Origin: Thraustochytrium aureum
Lineage: Eukaryota
Direction of reading: 5' to 3'
DNA: 20,000 nt
Assembly (NCBI GenBank): GCA_012862495.1
Contig: BLSG01000419.1
Coordinates: 131,354 to 151,353 of the forward strand
The position numbers and the translations under genes are program-made. Below are positions 18,379 to 20,000 of the stretch, in pieces; the first letter of the stretch is position 1; each line of letters starts with the position of its first letter. A model generated the notes under the pieces. The model worked only from the letters and a program-made list of their open reading frames with translations, did no database searches and had not been told where the DNA came from.

Positions 18379-18871
18379 GGGAGAGAGAGNNNNNNNNNNN
18401 NNNNNNNNNNNNNNNNNNNNNNNNNNNNNNNNNNNNNNNNNNNNNNNNNNNNNNNNNNNNNNNNNNNNNNNNNNNNNNNNNNNNNNNNNNNNNNNNNNNN
18501 NNNNNNNNNNNNNNNNNNNNNNNNNNNNNNNNNNNNNNNNNNNNNNNNNNNNNNNNNNNNNNNNNNNNNNNNNNNNNNNNNNNNNNNNNNNNNNNNNNNN
18601 NNNNNNNNNNNNNNNNNNNNNNNNNNNNNNNNNNNNNNNNNNNNNNNNNNNNNNNNNNNNNNNNNNNNNNNNNNNNNNNNNNNNNNNNNNNNNNNNNNNN
18701 NNNNNNNNNNNNNNNNNNNNNNNNNNNNNNNNNNNNNNNNNNNNNNNNNNNNNNNNNNNNNNNNNNNNNNNNNNNNNNNNNNNNNNNNNNNNNNNNNNNN
18801 NNNNNNNNNNNNNNNNNNNNNNNNNNNNNNNNNNNNNNNNNGGAGAGAGAGAGAGAGAGAGAGAGAGAGAG
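18379..18871. repeat. (GA)n microsatellite flanking both sides of the gap 18390-18841
   Basis: GA repeats run into and out of the N-run. Confidence 0.85.
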
Positions 18872-19215
18872 CAGAGGCACGGCAGACCCGCATCGGCGGA
18901 GGGGAAGAGCGGCGGTCCTGCGGGCGGAGCAGCCCGAGCCCTCTGCGCGGCGCCGTTGCGCGGAGCGGAGCTGCTCTCTCCCTGCGGCGCTGACGGCTCG
19001 GCTCGCCAGCGGCTCGGAAGGCGCGCCGCTCCCGGTTGATCGACCGGTCGACCGGTCGAGCGCGCGCGCGAGAGCGATTGAGCGGGCTGCTGGGCGACGT
19101 GGCGAGACCTGGGCGGACACGAGCGAGCCTGCGACGTGGCGGGACTGTGACGCGCGAGAGTGGCTTACGCCGCGGGGGACGGACGGGCGGGCGGGCGGGC
19201 GGGCGAGCGAGGCAC

Positions 19216-20000
19216 ATGGAGAGCTTTTTGGAGCCGGCGCTGGCGAGGCTGGCGAAGGATACGCCGAGGAAGGAGGTCGCGCTGAAGGAGGCGCTCACAG
19301 CGGCGAGCGAACGGCTCTGGCGCGGCGCGGAGCAGGGCGAAGAGGCGCCGCCGCCGGAAGACTCGCCTGCCGATGCGTACCTCGGCGCGCTCATGCTGGC
19401 GTGCGCCAGCGCACAGCCCAAGGTTGTGGTGACCGCGCTTGATTGTTTGCAAAAGCTCATGTCGTATGGCTACCTTCGAGGCGCGCGCAACGCCAAGGCG
19501 GCCGGCTTCGCGCCACCTAGCGACACGTTCACGGTGATGGACGTGGTCGTGCAGGCGATATGCGCTTGCGAAGACATCGACGGCAAGTCGTCCGTGCCAG
19601 ATGACGCCGTCCAGCTGCAGGTGATCAAGGCCTTACTGACGGCGGTCACCTGTGTTTCCTGCGGCGTGCACGAGACCTCGTTGCTGAACGCCGTGCGGGC
19701 GTGCTACCACATCCACCTGTACTCGAGGAACACGGTCAACAAGCGAACAGCCAAGGCCTCGCTGACGCAGATGATGAGCGCCGTCTTCCAGCAGATGGAG
19801 ATCGCTGACGCAAAGTTCGTAAAATCAGCGCAGGGTGTGCGGGCGGCTGCTGCAGCCACCCCTGCAAGCGAGGGCGACAAACAAGGAGAGCCGGAAACCG
19901 ATCAGACAAACCACGCCCAACCGGGTTCACAAGACGATGCGCGCTGGACACGGCAACGCAGGGCGATGCGCATGGGGCAAGCCTTGGAGGCCTCGCCATG
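19216..20000 (+). CDS. Sec7/BIG-family ARF guanine-nucleotide exchange factor, N-terminal DCB domain (continues beyond the window)
   Basis: Not in the ORF track. Manual translation gives MESFLEPALARLAKD...LACASAQPKVVVTALDCLQKLMSYGYL...DAVQLQVIKALLTAVT...VHETSLLNAVRACYHIHLYSRNTVNKRTAKASLTQMMSAVFQQME, typical of BIG1/BIG2/Sec7. Confidence 0.92.
   Translation, partial: MESFLEPALARLAKDTPRKEVALKEALTAASERLWRGAEQGEEAPPPEDSPADAYLGALMLACASAQPKVVVTALDCLQKLMSYGYLRGARNAKAAGFAPPSDTFTVMDVVVQAICACEDIDGKSSVPDDAVQLQVIKALLTAVTCVSCGVHETSLLNAVRACYHIHLYSRNTVNKRTAKASLTQMMSAVFQQMEIADAKFVKSAQGVRAAAAATPASEGDKQGEPETDQTNHAQPGSQDDARWTRQRRAMRMGQALEASP

Overview
GC-rich, gene-dense, intron-poor eukaryotic DNA from a draft assembly. 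Gene content and style suggest a protist such as a thraustochytrid or other stramenopile, which is inference only. There are five N-gaps, several microsatellites and at least two single-base homopolymer frameshifts. Genes in order: SH3-domain protein (-, runs off the left edge); EGF-like + 7TM orphan receptor (+); proteasome lid subunit RPN3/PSMD3 (-); YqfB-like ASCH-domain protein (+); possible hypothetical gene (-); PDZ-domain protein (+, partial); Baeyer-Villiger monooxygenase (+); a gap-spanning membrane protein (-); acidic CCHC zinc-knuckle orphan (-); ADP-dependent glucokinase (+); FCF2 (-); Sec7/BIG ARF-GEF (+, runs off the right edge). The main discovery is the membrane protein at 12274-13555 (-), whose 3' part the ORF track misses. 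It has an in-frame TGA in a Gly-Cys-TGA context followed by 44 more coding-like codons. A well-formed type II SECIS hairpin lies about 115 nt into its 3' UTR, making it a strong candidate for an unannotated membrane selenoprotein with a Cys-Sec pair.
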